From an uncultured Actinomycetota bacterium (lineage in GTDB: Bacteria > Actinomycetota > Actinomycetes > JAFAQI01 > DASSKL01): a DNA stretch of 64,000 nucleotides. The DNA lies in contig CAVSIP010000003.1 in assembly GCA_963728075.1 (NCBI GenBank), positions 617,463-681,462 of the forward strand, in the 5' to 3' direction. How positions within the stretch are numbered: the first letter of the stretch is position 1; the number at the start of each line of letters is the position of its first letter. Both the position numbers and the translations under genes were made by a program. Of the stretch, positions 1-8,895 are shown piece by piece. A model generated the notes under the pieces. That model made no database searches, was not told where the DNA came from, and saw only the letters and a list, made by a program, of their open reading frames with translations.

Positions 1-88
1 GCGCAGCATCGAGGATCTCGGCACGGGTCCGCTCCGCGTCGGCACCCGGGGGGCGCCCGACGCGACGACCGTCACCGTTACCGGACAT
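1..88 (-). CDS. TetR-family transcriptional regulator, 5' part only (runs off window edge)
   Basis: Reverse strand from ATG at 88 reads MSGNGDGRRVGRPPGADAERTRAEILDAA, the typical GRP...TR..IL.AA TetR N-terminus. It is divergent from the crotonase gene and absent from the ORF track. Confidence 0.8.
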   Translation of the reverse strand, partial: MSGNGDGRRVGRPPGADAERTRAEILDAA

Positions 89-147
89 GCGTGGATCCTC
101 GCCAAGGCCCCCGCGCGTACACGGAACTCCCGACAGGAAGGAGGGAC

Positions 148-167
148 AACTATACGACCGTCCAGTT
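148..167. promoter_or_regulatory. Palindromic operator copy 1 (AACTATACGACCGTCCAGTT) between divergent promoters
   Basis: Followed after 3 nt by the extended -10 TGG-TACGGT (171-179). The reverse strand carries a -10 TATAGT (149-154) facing tetR. Confidence 0.75.
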
Positions 168-363
168 CTTTGGTACGGTCCGGCCGGGCCGGTGCCAACC
201 GGCTGCCAGCAAGATCAACGGTGTGAACGTACCACCACACCGAGCTGGCCGGCGAACTCGCCCGCGGCGGCGGGGGCCCGAACGTCGCTCGACGGCATCG
301 ACGAAGCCTCCAGCGACCCACTCAGCCGCCCGCCTTCCCCATCGATTCGGAGAGTCGCGACCT

Positions 364-1389
364 ATGGCCGACCACGTGACGCACACCACTCGCCCCGACG
401 ATCCGCACCGCATGGTGAAGTGGTCGCCGCCGTACCGGCGGGAGAACGTCGAGCTGCCGGAGTTCGACCTGGTCGAGGTCGAGCGAGACGGCCCTGTCGG
501 CCGCATCGTCATGAACTCCCCGGAGAAGCGGAACCCGCTCGGCTACGAACGCCTGCTCCAGATCGAGATGGCGGCGAAGTGGCTCGAGCTGGACGAGGAC
601 GTCCGGGTCATCATCATCAAAGGGGAGGGGCCCTCCTTCTGCGCCGGCTACGACATGACGCCGGTGCGACGCGGCGAGCGGGCGAGGAACGTACCGCAGG
701 GTGGTTACATCCACCCCAAGCGCGACCGGCTCTGGCAGTCCTACGACCTGGAGCACGCCCGCGTCTACTTCACGTTGTTCGACCTCCAGAAGCCCGTCAT
801 CGCCCAGATCCAGGGCCACTGCCTCGCCGGCGGCACGGAGCTGGCCGGCTTCTGCGACCTTCGCATCGTGGCCGACGACGCCAGGATCGGCTGGCCCGTC
901 GGCCGGAACTGGTCACCCGGGAACCTGCAGTACATCCCGTGGCTCGTCGGCATGACGAAGGCGAAGTACTACATGTTCACCTGTGAGCCGATGAGCGGGA
1001 AGGAAGCCGCCGAGTGCCAGTGGGCCTCGGAGTCCGTACCCGCCGACGAGCTCGAGGAGCGCACGGAGGAACTGGCCCGGCAGATCGCTCTCACACCGAC
1101 CGACCTGATCATGCTGACCAAGCGCAGCATCAACCGCCAGTTCGAGGTGATGGGGTTCCGGACCGGCGTCGCCGCCAGCGTCGACCTGCTCGCGCTGTCC
1201 AGCTTCCGCGAGGAAGGCCTCTACGCACAGCGTGATCCTCGCACCGGTGAGGCCGGCGACGAGTTCATGAAGCGTGCCGAGCGCGATGGCCTCAGGGCAG
1301 CCATGGCCTGGCGTGAGGAGACCTTCGGCAACCGCTACCACGACGGCGCGACCGGGGAACCGGCGTTGCCTGACCGCACCCGAGAGTGA
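364..1389 (+). CDS. Enoyl-CoA hydratase/isomerase (crotonase) family protein
   Basis: GEGPSFCAGYD and KPVIAQIQGHCLAGGTE motifs. ATG 364 follows GGAGAG. Confidence 0.9.
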   Translation: MADHVTHTTRPDDPHRMVKWSPPYRRENVELPEFDLVEVERDGPVGRIVMNSPEKRNPLGYERLLQIEMAAKWLELDEDVRVIIIKGEGPSFCAGYDMTPVRRGERARNVPQGGYIHPKRDRLWQSYDLEHARVYFTLFDLQKPVIAQIQGHCLAGGTELAGFCDLRIVADDARIGWPVGRNWSPGNLQYIPWLVGMTKAKYYMFTCEPMSGKEAAECQWASESVPADELEERTEELARQIALTPTDLIMLTKRSINRQFEVMGFRTGVAASVDLLALSSFREEGLYAQRDPRTGEAGDEFMKRAERDGLRAAMAWREETFGNRYHDGATGEPALPDRTRE

Positions 1390-1396
1390 GCAGAAG

Positions 1397-1416
1397 AATT
1401 TTACGACTGTCCAGTT
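1397..1416. promoter_or_regulatory. Palindromic operator copy 2 (AATTTTACGACTGTCCAGTT)
   Basis: Same motif and spacing as copy 1: -35-like TTTACG (1400-1405), 17 nt, TGC-TACGGT (1420-1428). Confidence 0.75.
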
Positions 1417-1477
1417 CAGTGCTACGGTCGGCGCAAGACGCCGTCACGTGTCACCACGACTGCGATCGGAGTGCCGG

Positions 1478-2677
1478 ATGAGCACCGCCCCAATGCCCTT
1501 GTTCGATGCCGACAACCACTACTACGAGGCGTACGACGCCTTCACCCGCCACGTGCCTCCGCAGGCCCAGAAGCGCGGCGTGCAGTGGGTCACGCTGGAG
1601 AACGGCCACAAGCGCCATATGGTGCGAGGCAAGGTCGACTTCCAGGTGCCGAACCCCACTTTCAACCCGATCTCCAGGCCAGGGGTTCTGCGCGAGTACT
1701 ACAAGGGCAACCCGGACGGCAAGACCTTCATGGAGCTGATCCGCTCCAACCTCGAGCCGCTCCCCGCCGCCTACCAGAACCGCGACGAGCGGCTGAAGGT
1801 CATGGACGAGCAGGGCGTGCAGGCCGCGTGGTTCTTCCCGACCGCGGGAATCCACTACGAGGAGCTGCTCAAGAACGACATCGAGACGAACATCGCGGTT
1901 CACCGGGGCTTCAACCGCTGGCTCGAGGAAGACTGGGGCTTCGCCTACAAAGGCCGGATCTTCGCCGCTCCCTACATCACGCTCGCTGACCCCGCCTCGG
2001 CGACCGAGGAGCTCGACTGGGCCATCGAACGCGGTGCCCGCGTGGTCATCATGCGACCCGCCCCGACGATGACCGCCGCAGGTCCCCGCTCTCCCGGTCA
2101 CGCAGACTTCGACCCCTTCTGGGCGCGGGTCAGCGAGTCCGGTGTCGTCGTCGTGGCCCATGCCGGCAACTCCGGCTATGGCACCAACGGGTATCCAGCC
2201 AGCTCGGCCAGTGCCGAGGCGCTCGGCGGCGGCGAACGTCCGACCGTGGCGATCTACAAGCTTGAGCGGGCCATCCTCGACTGGCTCACCGCGCTGTGCT
2301 TCGACCGGGTCTTCGAGCGGTTCCCCGGCGCGCGGGTCGCCTCGGTGGAGAACGGCGCCGCGTATCTGAGCGACCTGTTCCGACAGCTGGCGTCGACCAA
2401 GGAGCGCTACCCCAGGTGGTTCCAGGACGATCCGATCGAGGTGTTCAAGCGCCACGTGTGGATCAATCCGTTCTGGGAGGACCGGATCGACGGCGTGGTG
2501 GAGTTCATGGGCGCGGACCGGGTGCTCTTTGGCTCGGACTTCCCGCACATGGAAGGCCTCGAGTATCCGGCCCAGATCTTCGACGAGATCGGTCACATGT
2601 CCGAGGCCGACCAGCGTCGGATCGTCTACGAGAACGCCGCCGAGCTCACAGGCGTGCGGAGCCTGGCCGCGGTCTGA
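1478..2677 (+). CDS. Amidohydrolase family protein (amidohydro_2 type)
   Basis: DADNHYYE N-terminal metal motif, VAHAG, SVENG, LFGSDFPHMEG. Confidence 0.9.
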   Translation: MSTAPMPLFDADNHYYEAYDAFTRHVPPQAQKRGVQWVTLENGHKRHMVRGKVDFQVPNPTFNPISRPGVLREYYKGNPDGKTFMELIRSNLEPLPAAYQNRDERLKVMDEQGVQAAWFFPTAGIHYEELLKNDIETNIAVHRGFNRWLEEDWGFAYKGRIFAAPYITLADPASATEELDWAIERGARVVIMRPAPTMTAAGPRSPGHADFDPFWARVSESGVVVVAHAGNSGYGTNGYPASSASAEALGGGERPTVAIYKLERAILDWLTALCFDRVFERFPGARVASVENGAAYLSDLFRQLASTKERYPRWFQDDPIEVFKRHVWINPFWEDRIDGVVEFMGADRVLFGSDFPHMEGLEYPAQIFDEIGHMSEADQRRIVYENAAELTGVRSLAAV

Positions 2678-2780
2678 GGCCGCACGTCGCCGAACCACTG
2701 CTGAACCGCGGCTCACCGGTCCCTGTACGCAACGACCGACGTCCGGCCGATTGACAGGTCATGCCCGGAGGAGGGTGTTG

Positions 2781-4019
2781 ATGACCATCACGGACCACCC
2801 GTCCCGCCTGACACCGAGCGGGCTCTTCACCGACGGCGCGACGTTCCTCGATCTCGAGGGCTGGCATCGCGCTGTTGACGCTCTGCGCGACCAGGGTCCG
2901 TTCGTGCGCCTGGACGACGAGGTCTACGGCACGCTGTGGGCGACCGTCGACCTCGAGGTGCTCCTCGCCGTGTCCCGTCAGGCTGAGGTCTTCGCGAACA
3001 CATCGGAGCCGCTGCTCCCCCCCAAGGTAGGCGGCGGCAACCTCGGCGAGGTCAGCACGCAGCTGAAGATGCTCATCAACCAGGACGGCCCAGACCACAT
3101 CGCACACCGCAAGCTCATCGTCGACTGGTTCAAGAACTCGACGCTGCGCGTCCTGAAACCGGCGGTCGACGAGCTGGTCGCCGAAGCGATGACCCGCCTG
3201 CGCGATCTCGGCGGTGAATGTGACTTCTCCACCGAGATAGCGCTTCCGCTGCCACTCCGCGTCATCATGTCGATGCTCGGGGTCCCCCGCGAGGACGAGC
3301 CGATCCTGCTGAAGCTGACCCAGGAGATGTTCAGTGCCGAGGACGACGAGCTCGGCGAAGGTGACCCGTTCGCCGCGATGATGGAGGTCGCCTCCTACTT
3401 CGGTGAGCTGATGAAGGACCGGCAGGAGAACCCCACCGACGACCTGTCCTCGGCGATCGCCAACGGCACGATCCAGGGAACGTCGGTCGAGACGATGACG
3501 GCCATCGGCCTGTACGTCATCATCGCCACTGCCGGGCACGACACGACGTCGTTCGCGATGGCGGGCGGTGTCGATGCCCTTTGCCGCTTCCCTGACGAGT
3601 TCACCAGGCTGCGCGACGAGCCGCAGCTTGTCGACAACGCCGCCGACGAGGTCGTGCGCATGACATCCCCGGTCCGTCACTTCGTCCGGCACGCGCAGGC
3701 GGACGTCGAGGTGGCCGGTCGTTCGTTCGCTGAGGGGGACCGCGTACTCCTGTCGTACCCAGGGGCCAACCGGGACCCGAAGGTCTTCGACGACCCGCAC
3801 CGGCTCGACGTCGGCCGCCCCAATGCCGGCCGGCAGGTGGGCTGGGGCCACGGCCCGCACTTCTGCCTCGGCTCTCGCCTGGCGCACATGGAGATCGCCG
3901 CTGTCCTCGACGGCCTGCGCAGAGAGTTCACCTCGATCGAGGCGACAGCCCCGTCAGAGTGGACCAAGTCGTACTTCGTCGGTGGCGCCAAGCACGTGCC
4001 GATCCGCTGTACGAGCTGA
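2781..4019 (+). CDS. Cytochrome P450 (CYP108-like, copy A)
   Basis: I-helix IATAGHDTT, EVVR (ExxR), heme motif WGHGPHFCLG. RBS GGAGGAGG. Confidence 0.93.
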   Translation: MTITDHPSRLTPSGLFTDGATFLDLEGWHRAVDALRDQGPFVRLDDEVYGTLWATVDLEVLLAVSRQAEVFANTSEPLLPPKVGGGNLGEVSTQLKMLINQDGPDHIAHRKLIVDWFKNSTLRVLKPAVDELVAEAMTRLRDLGGECDFSTEIALPLPLRVIMSMLGVPREDEPILLKLTQEMFSAEDDELGEGDPFAAMMEVASYFGELMKDRQENPTDDLSSAIANGTIQGTSVETMTAIGLYVIIATAGHDTTSFAMAGGVDALCRFPDEFTRLRDEPQLVDNAADEVVRMTSPVRHFVRHAQADVEVAGRSFAEGDRVLLSYPGANRDPKVFDDPHRLDVGRPNAGRQVGWGHGPHFCLGSRLAHMEIAAVLDGLRREFTSIEATAPSEWTKSYFVGGAKHVPIRCTS

Positions 4020-4058
4020 CCCGAGCGTGGGTGTGGTCGACGGGTCCGGGGTGAACCG

Positions 4059-4514
4059 ATGAGCGTGCGCATGAGCGACGAGGAGGCCTGGACGTTCCTC
4101 GAGGCGGGACATACCGCCATCCTCACGACCCTTCGACGAGACGGATGGCCGGTCTCACTGCCGCTCTGGTACGTCGTCGACGAGCGAGTCGTCTATGTGA
4201 CCACCCCAGCCAGCAGTCAGAAGGTCGCCCGCATCCGCAACGACGACCGCGCATGCCTGCTGGTCGAGCGGGGCGACGAGTGGGCCGAGCTGGCAGCCGT
4301 CCAGTTCGCCATGCGAGCAACAGTTCTCGTCCCCGGTCCGGAGGCTGACCGGGCCAGCGGGCGTTTCGCCGCCAAGTACGAGGCGTTCCGTCCCCCCCGG
4401 GGCCGGGCCCCGGATGTGACCAAGAGGCGCTACAGCAGTCGAGTGGTCATCCGGCTCGATCCAGCCGGTCCTCCGATCAGCTGGGACAACGCTCGCATCC
4501 GGTTGAAGGGCTGA
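4059..4514 (+). CDS. Pyridoxamine 5'-phosphate oxidase-like split-barrel protein (FMN/F420-binding)
   Basis: AILTTLRRDGWP..PLWY and SQKVARIRNDDRACLLV pattern. Confidence 0.85.
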   Translation: MSVRMSDEEAWTFLEAGHTAILTTLRRDGWPVSLPLWYVVDERVVYVTTPASSQKVARIRNDDRACLLVERGDEWAELAAVQFAMRATVLVPGPEADRASGRFAAKYEAFRPPRGRAPDVTKRRYSSRVVIRLDPAGPPISWDNARIRLKG

Positions 4515-4554
4515 CCGGGCAGAGGCCTGCCGACGGATAGCGGAGGAACGCTGC

Positions 4555-5772
4555 GTGGGTATCTTCTCGATCTTCGCCGTCCTGTCCATCGTGGGTGCGG
4601 CCATCGGCTATGTGACCAAGTGGACGTCGGTGCAGCTCATCTTCCATCCATCCACCTACGTGGGCATCGGGCCGCTTGGCTGGCAGGGGGTGGTCCAGCG
4701 CGGGTCGCCGAAGTTCGCGCGGGGTATCGCCGAGACGTTGCGGTCTGTCGCGCCGCTCGACCGGATGCTCGCCCGGATCGATTCCTCCGAGCTCGCTCGC
4801 ATAGCCACCGAGGAGCTCGGCGCGCACATCGACGACATCGCACCTGAGATCGTCGAGCATCTCTCGCCCGGAGCATGGGATCAGGCACCGGTGCATGTTC
4901 AGGACCTGCTCCGCTCCGGGCTGCGCCAGCAGACCACCGAAGCCATCGCAGAGATCGTCGACGAGACGCGCACGCTGCTGCCCGGGCTGGTGGACGTCGA
5001 CGGCCTGGCGCTCGACCTCCTGTCCGGCGAGAACGCTGACCGCCTGGCCCGACTCGTACGGCTGACCGGCAACCGGGAGCTGCGAGCCGTGGTGCGCTAC
5101 GGCGCGGTCGTCGGCTTCTTCGTCGGACTGCTGGAGGCGGTCGCCTACCTCGGCTTCGACCGGTGGTGGTTGCTCCCCGCCATCGGGGCCCTCGACGGGC
5201 TGGTCAACAACTGGATGGGCATCCAGATGATCTTCCGACCGCTGGAGGCCAGGCGATACCTGGGCCTGTTCCGTTACCAGGGTCTCTTTCCCGCGCGCCA
5301 GGACCAGATCGCCCACGACTACGCACACATGATGGGAGCCGAGGTGCTGACCCCGATGTCGATCGTCACCAGACTGCGCGAAGACGATCTGCTGGAGCCA
5401 GTGCTCGAGGTCGGCTACGACATCGTCGACCGTCGGCTCGACGCCCAGCTCACCGTGCTCGCCCCCGTGCTCGGTGTCGACCCCGTCCCCGAACTGCGAC
5501 AGACGGTCGTGAAGGCAACAGTCGCTGCGGCGACCACCCGCGGCATCTCGGTCAACGACATGCCGCGCGTTCTCGCCTACCTCGACGAGCGCATGCGGGT
5601 GGCCGACACGATCGAGAATGGGCTCGCGAGCATGAGCAAACGTGACTTCGAGGGAATCCTGAGAGGGATCTTCGAAGAGGACGAGCCCGTCCTGATCGGC
5701 ATCGGGGGCGTGATCGGCGTGCTGATCGGATGCCTGCAGGCGGCCCTCGTCGTCGGCCTGCACCTGGGATAA
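4555..5772 (+). CDS. DUF445-family membrane protein
   Basis: N-terminal IGYVTKW..VQLIFHP, internal NNWMGIQMIFRP, C-terminal EDEPVLIGIGGVIG. Confidence 0.75.
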   Translation: MGIFSIFAVLSIVGAAIGYVTKWTSVQLIFHPSTYVGIGPLGWQGVVQRGSPKFARGIAETLRSVAPLDRMLARIDSSELARIATEELGAHIDDIAPEIVEHLSPGAWDQAPVHVQDLLRSGLRQQTTEAIAEIVDETRTLLPGLVDVDGLALDLLSGENADRLARLVRLTGNRELRAVVRYGAVVGFFVGLLEAVAYLGFDRWWLLPAIGALDGLVNNWMGIQMIFRPLEARRYLGLFRYQGLFPARQDQIAHDYAHMMGAEVLTPMSIVTRLREDDLLEPVLEVGYDIVDRRLDAQLTVLAPVLGVDPVPELRQTVVKATVAAATTRGISVNDMPRVLAYLDERMRVADTIENGLASMSKRDFEGILRGIFEEDEPVLIGIGGVIGVLIGCLQAALVVGLHLG

Positions 5773-5794
5773 GCCGCAGAGGAGCCGGTGCCAT

Positions 5795-5814
5795 AACTGG
5801 ACAACCGTACTATT
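5795..5814. promoter_or_regulatory. Palindromic operator copy 3 (AACTGGACAACCGTACTATT)
   Basis: -35 TGGACA (5798-5803), 17 nt, -10 TACGCT (5821-5826), upstream of the second P450. Confidence 0.75.
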
Positions 5815-5862
5815 CTTACCTACGCTTGTCTTGGTCGTCGAGATCCTCCCGAAAGGTCCGCC

Positions 5863-7131
5863 ATGACTGAAACTGCGACCAGGCTCCTGCCGGAGCGCAG
5901 CACGCTGGAGCGGCTCTTCATGGACCCGCACTACTTCATGGACATGGACCGGTGGCACCGCACGGCTGCCGAGGCTCGCCGCGAGGGAGCGTTCCACAGA
6001 GTCGACGATCCCGCGGTGGGAGAGTTCTGGGCGTGCATGCGCTGGGCGCCTCTGGTCGAGGTGTCCCGGAACGACGAGGTGTTTCACAACACCGAGCAGG
6101 CAGCGTTCGTCGGCAGCTACCAGGCGATGCAGGAGGCCATCCCTGGTGGGCTCAAGACGCTGCTCAGCATGGACGGGACCGAGCACACGAAGTACCGCCA
6201 GGTCGTCGTGGACTGGTTCAAACCCGCCGCCCTCCGTCGTCTCCAGTCCGCAGTGGACGCGCTGGTCGAGGCATCGATCGCTCGCCTCAGGGAGCTCGGC
6301 GGGGAATGCGACTTCGCCACTGAGGTCGCCATCCCACTTCCCTTGCGGGTCATCATGTCCATGCTCGGGATCCCGCAGGCGGACTACCCGCTCATGCTGA
6401 AGCTCACCCAACAGATGTTCAGCGCCGACGACCCCGAGCTCGGCAAGGGAGACGGCTTTGCAGCGATGGCGGAGATGGCGGGCTACTTCGCCGAGCTGAT
6501 CACCGGTCGCAAGGCGCGCCCCACCGACGACCTCGCCTCTGCCATCGCGAACGCGACCCTCGACGGGGAACCGCTGCAGACGGTGGCCACCATGGGCTTG
6601 TACGTTGTTCTGGCGTCAGCGGGGCACGACACGACCTCCTTCGCCATGTCCGGCGGAGTCGAAGCGCTCACGCGCTTCCCGGACCAGCTGGAACGGCTAC
6701 GGCAGGACCCCGGGCTTGCCGACAACGCGGCCCACGAAATCGTGCGTTACACGTCTCCGGTCCGGCATTTCCTGCGTCACCCGCAGGCAGAGGTCGAGAT
6801 AGCAGGCCATCGATTCCACAAGGGCGAGCGCATCCTGCTGTGCTATCCCAGCGCCAACCGTGACGAGTCCGTCTTCCCGGAGCCCGACCGTCTCGACGTC
6901 GGCCGTGCCAACGCGAACCGTCACGTCGCATGGGGACACGGCGCGCACTACTGCCTGGGCGCACGCTTGGCCCACATGGAGATCGCCGCGCTGCTGCGCG
7001 GACTGTGCCGGGAGACGACATCCGTGGAGGCGATCGGCCCTGCCACGTGGACGTCAGCCCACTTCGTCAGCGGTGTGAAACGCCTGCCGGTGACCTGCCA
7101 GTTCCGACAAGGAAGTCGGCGCCAGCCGTAA
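5863..7131 (+). CDS. Cytochrome P450 (CYP108-like, copy B)
   Basis: LASAGHDTT, EIVR, WGHGAHYCLG. Long near-identical stretches shared with copy A. Confidence 0.93.
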   Translation: MTETATRLLPERSTLERLFMDPHYFMDMDRWHRTAAEARREGAFHRVDDPAVGEFWACMRWAPLVEVSRNDEVFHNTEQAAFVGSYQAMQEAIPGGLKTLLSMDGTEHTKYRQVVVDWFKPAALRRLQSAVDALVEASIARLRELGGECDFATEVAIPLPLRVIMSMLGIPQADYPLMLKLTQQMFSADDPELGKGDGFAAMAEMAGYFAELITGRKARPTDDLASAIANATLDGEPLQTVATMGLYVVLASAGHDTTSFAMSGGVEALTRFPDQLERLRQDPGLADNAAHEIVRYTSPVRHFLRHPQAEVEIAGHRFHKGERILLCYPSANRDESVFPEPDRLDVGRANANRHVAWGHGAHYCLGARLAHMEIAALLRGLCRETTSVEAIGPATWTSAHFVSGVKRLPVTCQFRQGSRRQP

Positions 7132-7177
7132 CCCTGAGCTGTATGACTCGCCCTTTCCCAGGCAGCAGGAGACACCG

Positions 7178-8725
7178 ATGTACCCAGGTACCCACGCTGA
7201 GGCCACTCCCGACAAGCCGGCTCTGATCATGGCCGGCTCGGGGGAGACGGTCACCTTCCGTCAGCTCGATGAGCGATCGAACCGCTTGGCGCAACTCTGG
7301 TACGCCTCGGGTCTGCGACCTGGGGATCACGTAGCTGTGTTCATGGAGAACCATCCTCGATACCTCGAGGTGGTCTGGGCAGGCCTGCGATCGGGACTGT
7401 ACGTGACGACCGTCAACTCCTACCTCAGCGCCGAGGAGGCCGGCTACATCCTCGACGACTGCGGGGCGCGCTCGGTCGTGGTGACACCAGCACGCGCACA
7501 GGTAGCCAGAGAGGCGTTGCAGCACGCTCCAAGGGTCGAGATGGCGCTAGCCGTCGACGGCGGAGCCGAAGGTCTCGCGAGCTACGAGGAAGCCACAGCC
7601 GGACAACCGTCGACCCCGCTCCCCGACGAGTCCGCGGGCGAGCTCATGCTCTACAGCTCAGGAACCACAGGACGTCCCAAAGGCATCAAGCGCGCGCTGA
7701 GCGGCCGGCCGATCGCCGACGGCCACTCGATGGCGCTCGTCCTGGCCACGGTGTTCGGGTTCACCTCGGAGGGCGTGTACCTGTCGCCTGCGCCTCTGTA
7801 CCACTCGGCTCCGGTGGGTTTCAGCATCGGCGTGCAGTCTCTCGGCGGAACCGTTGTCGTCATGGAGAAGTTCGCCCCCAGAGCCGCTCTGGGTGCGATC
7901 GAGAAGCATCGGGTCACCTTCAGCCAGTGGGTGCCGACGATGTTCGCCCGGATGCTCAAGCTGCCCCACACCGAGCGAGAGACGTACGACGTCTCCACCA
8001 TGGAGGTCGCGATCCACGCCTCCGCACCATGCCCGGTGTCGGTCAAGCAGGCGATGATGGACTGGTGGGGTCCGGTGCTCTGGGAGTACTACGCAGGAAC
8101 CGAGTCAAACGGCCTGTGCATCGTCCGGCCCGAAGAATGGCTCGAGCACCCGGGCACGGTGGGCCGGCCGCTCCTCGGTGAGGTTCACATCCTCGACGAA
8201 GCCGGTGCCGAGCTCCCTCACGGCGGGGTGGGAACGGTCTACTTCGGCGGCGGGGGCAGATATGAGTACCACAACGACCCAGAGAAGACGAAGAGCGCCC
8301 AGGACCCGGCCGGTCGAGGTTGGACGACTCTGGGCGACGTCGGCTACGTCGACGAAGACGGCTGGCTCTACCTGACCGACCGGAAAGCATTCATGATCAT
8401 CTCTGGCGGGGTCAACATCTACCCGCAGGAGACCGAGAACGTGCTGGCCATGCACCCCAAGGTGGCCGACGTGGCCGTCGTGGGGGTTCCTCACGAGGAG
8501 ATGGGTGAGGAGGTCAAGGCCGTCGTCCAGCCGGTCGACTGGGCCGATGCCGGGAGCCAACTCGAACGTGAGCTCCTTACCTACTGCCGCGCTCGTCTTG
8601 CCCACTACAAGTGCCCGCGGACTGTGGACTTTGAAGCCGAGCTGCCCCGACTTCCCACCGGCAAGCTGTACAAGCACAAGGTCCGGGAGCGGTACTGGCG
8701 GGACCGCGAGAGCCGAATCGTCTGA
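7178..8725 (+). CDS. Acyl-CoA synthetase (AMP-binding)
   Basis: LYSSGTTGRPKG, YYAGTE, TLGDVG, DRKAFMIISGGVNIYPQE, PTGKLYK. Confidence 0.93.
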   Translation: MYPGTHAEATPDKPALIMAGSGETVTFRQLDERSNRLAQLWYASGLRPGDHVAVFMENHPRYLEVVWAGLRSGLYVTTVNSYLSAEEAGYILDDCGARSVVVTPARAQVAREALQHAPRVEMALAVDGGAEGLASYEEATAGQPSTPLPDESAGELMLYSSGTTGRPKGIKRALSGRPIADGHSMALVLATVFGFTSEGVYLSPAPLYHSAPVGFSIGVQSLGGTVVVMEKFAPRAALGAIEKHRVTFSQWVPTMFARMLKLPHTERETYDVSTMEVAIHASAPCPVSVKQAMMDWWGPVLWEYYAGTESNGLCIVRPEEWLEHPGTVGRPLLGEVHILDEAGAELPHGGVGTVYFGGGGRYEYHNDPEKTKSAQDPAGRGWTTLGDVGYVDEDGWLYLTDRKAFMIISGGVNIYPQETENVLAMHPKVADVAVVGVPHEEMGEEVKAVVQPVDWADAGSQLERELLTYCRARLAHYKCPRTVDFEAELPRLPTGKLYKHKVRERYWRDRESRIV

Positions 8726-8826
8726 GCCTCACGGCGATGTCCGCTGCCAACTGCCGTTCCAGGGCTCAGGTGCCGAGCACGGCCGTGCTGGCGCCGGCTC
8801 GACCTCGCTGTGGAGCCAGACAACCG

Positions 8827-8874
8827 TTGACCCCAATCGGGCCAAGGTATAACAATTCCCGCAATTCTTACGAT
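8827..8874 (+). promoter_or_regulatory. AT-rich sigma70-like promoter region with possible FadR-type site
   Basis: TTGACC (8827), TATAAC (8848), TACGAT (8869). AGGTATAACAA (8845-8855) fits the GT-Nn-AC core of FadR-subfamily sites. Confidence 0.45.
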
Positions 8875-8895
8875 CATTTGGGGCGGTGGCGGCCG

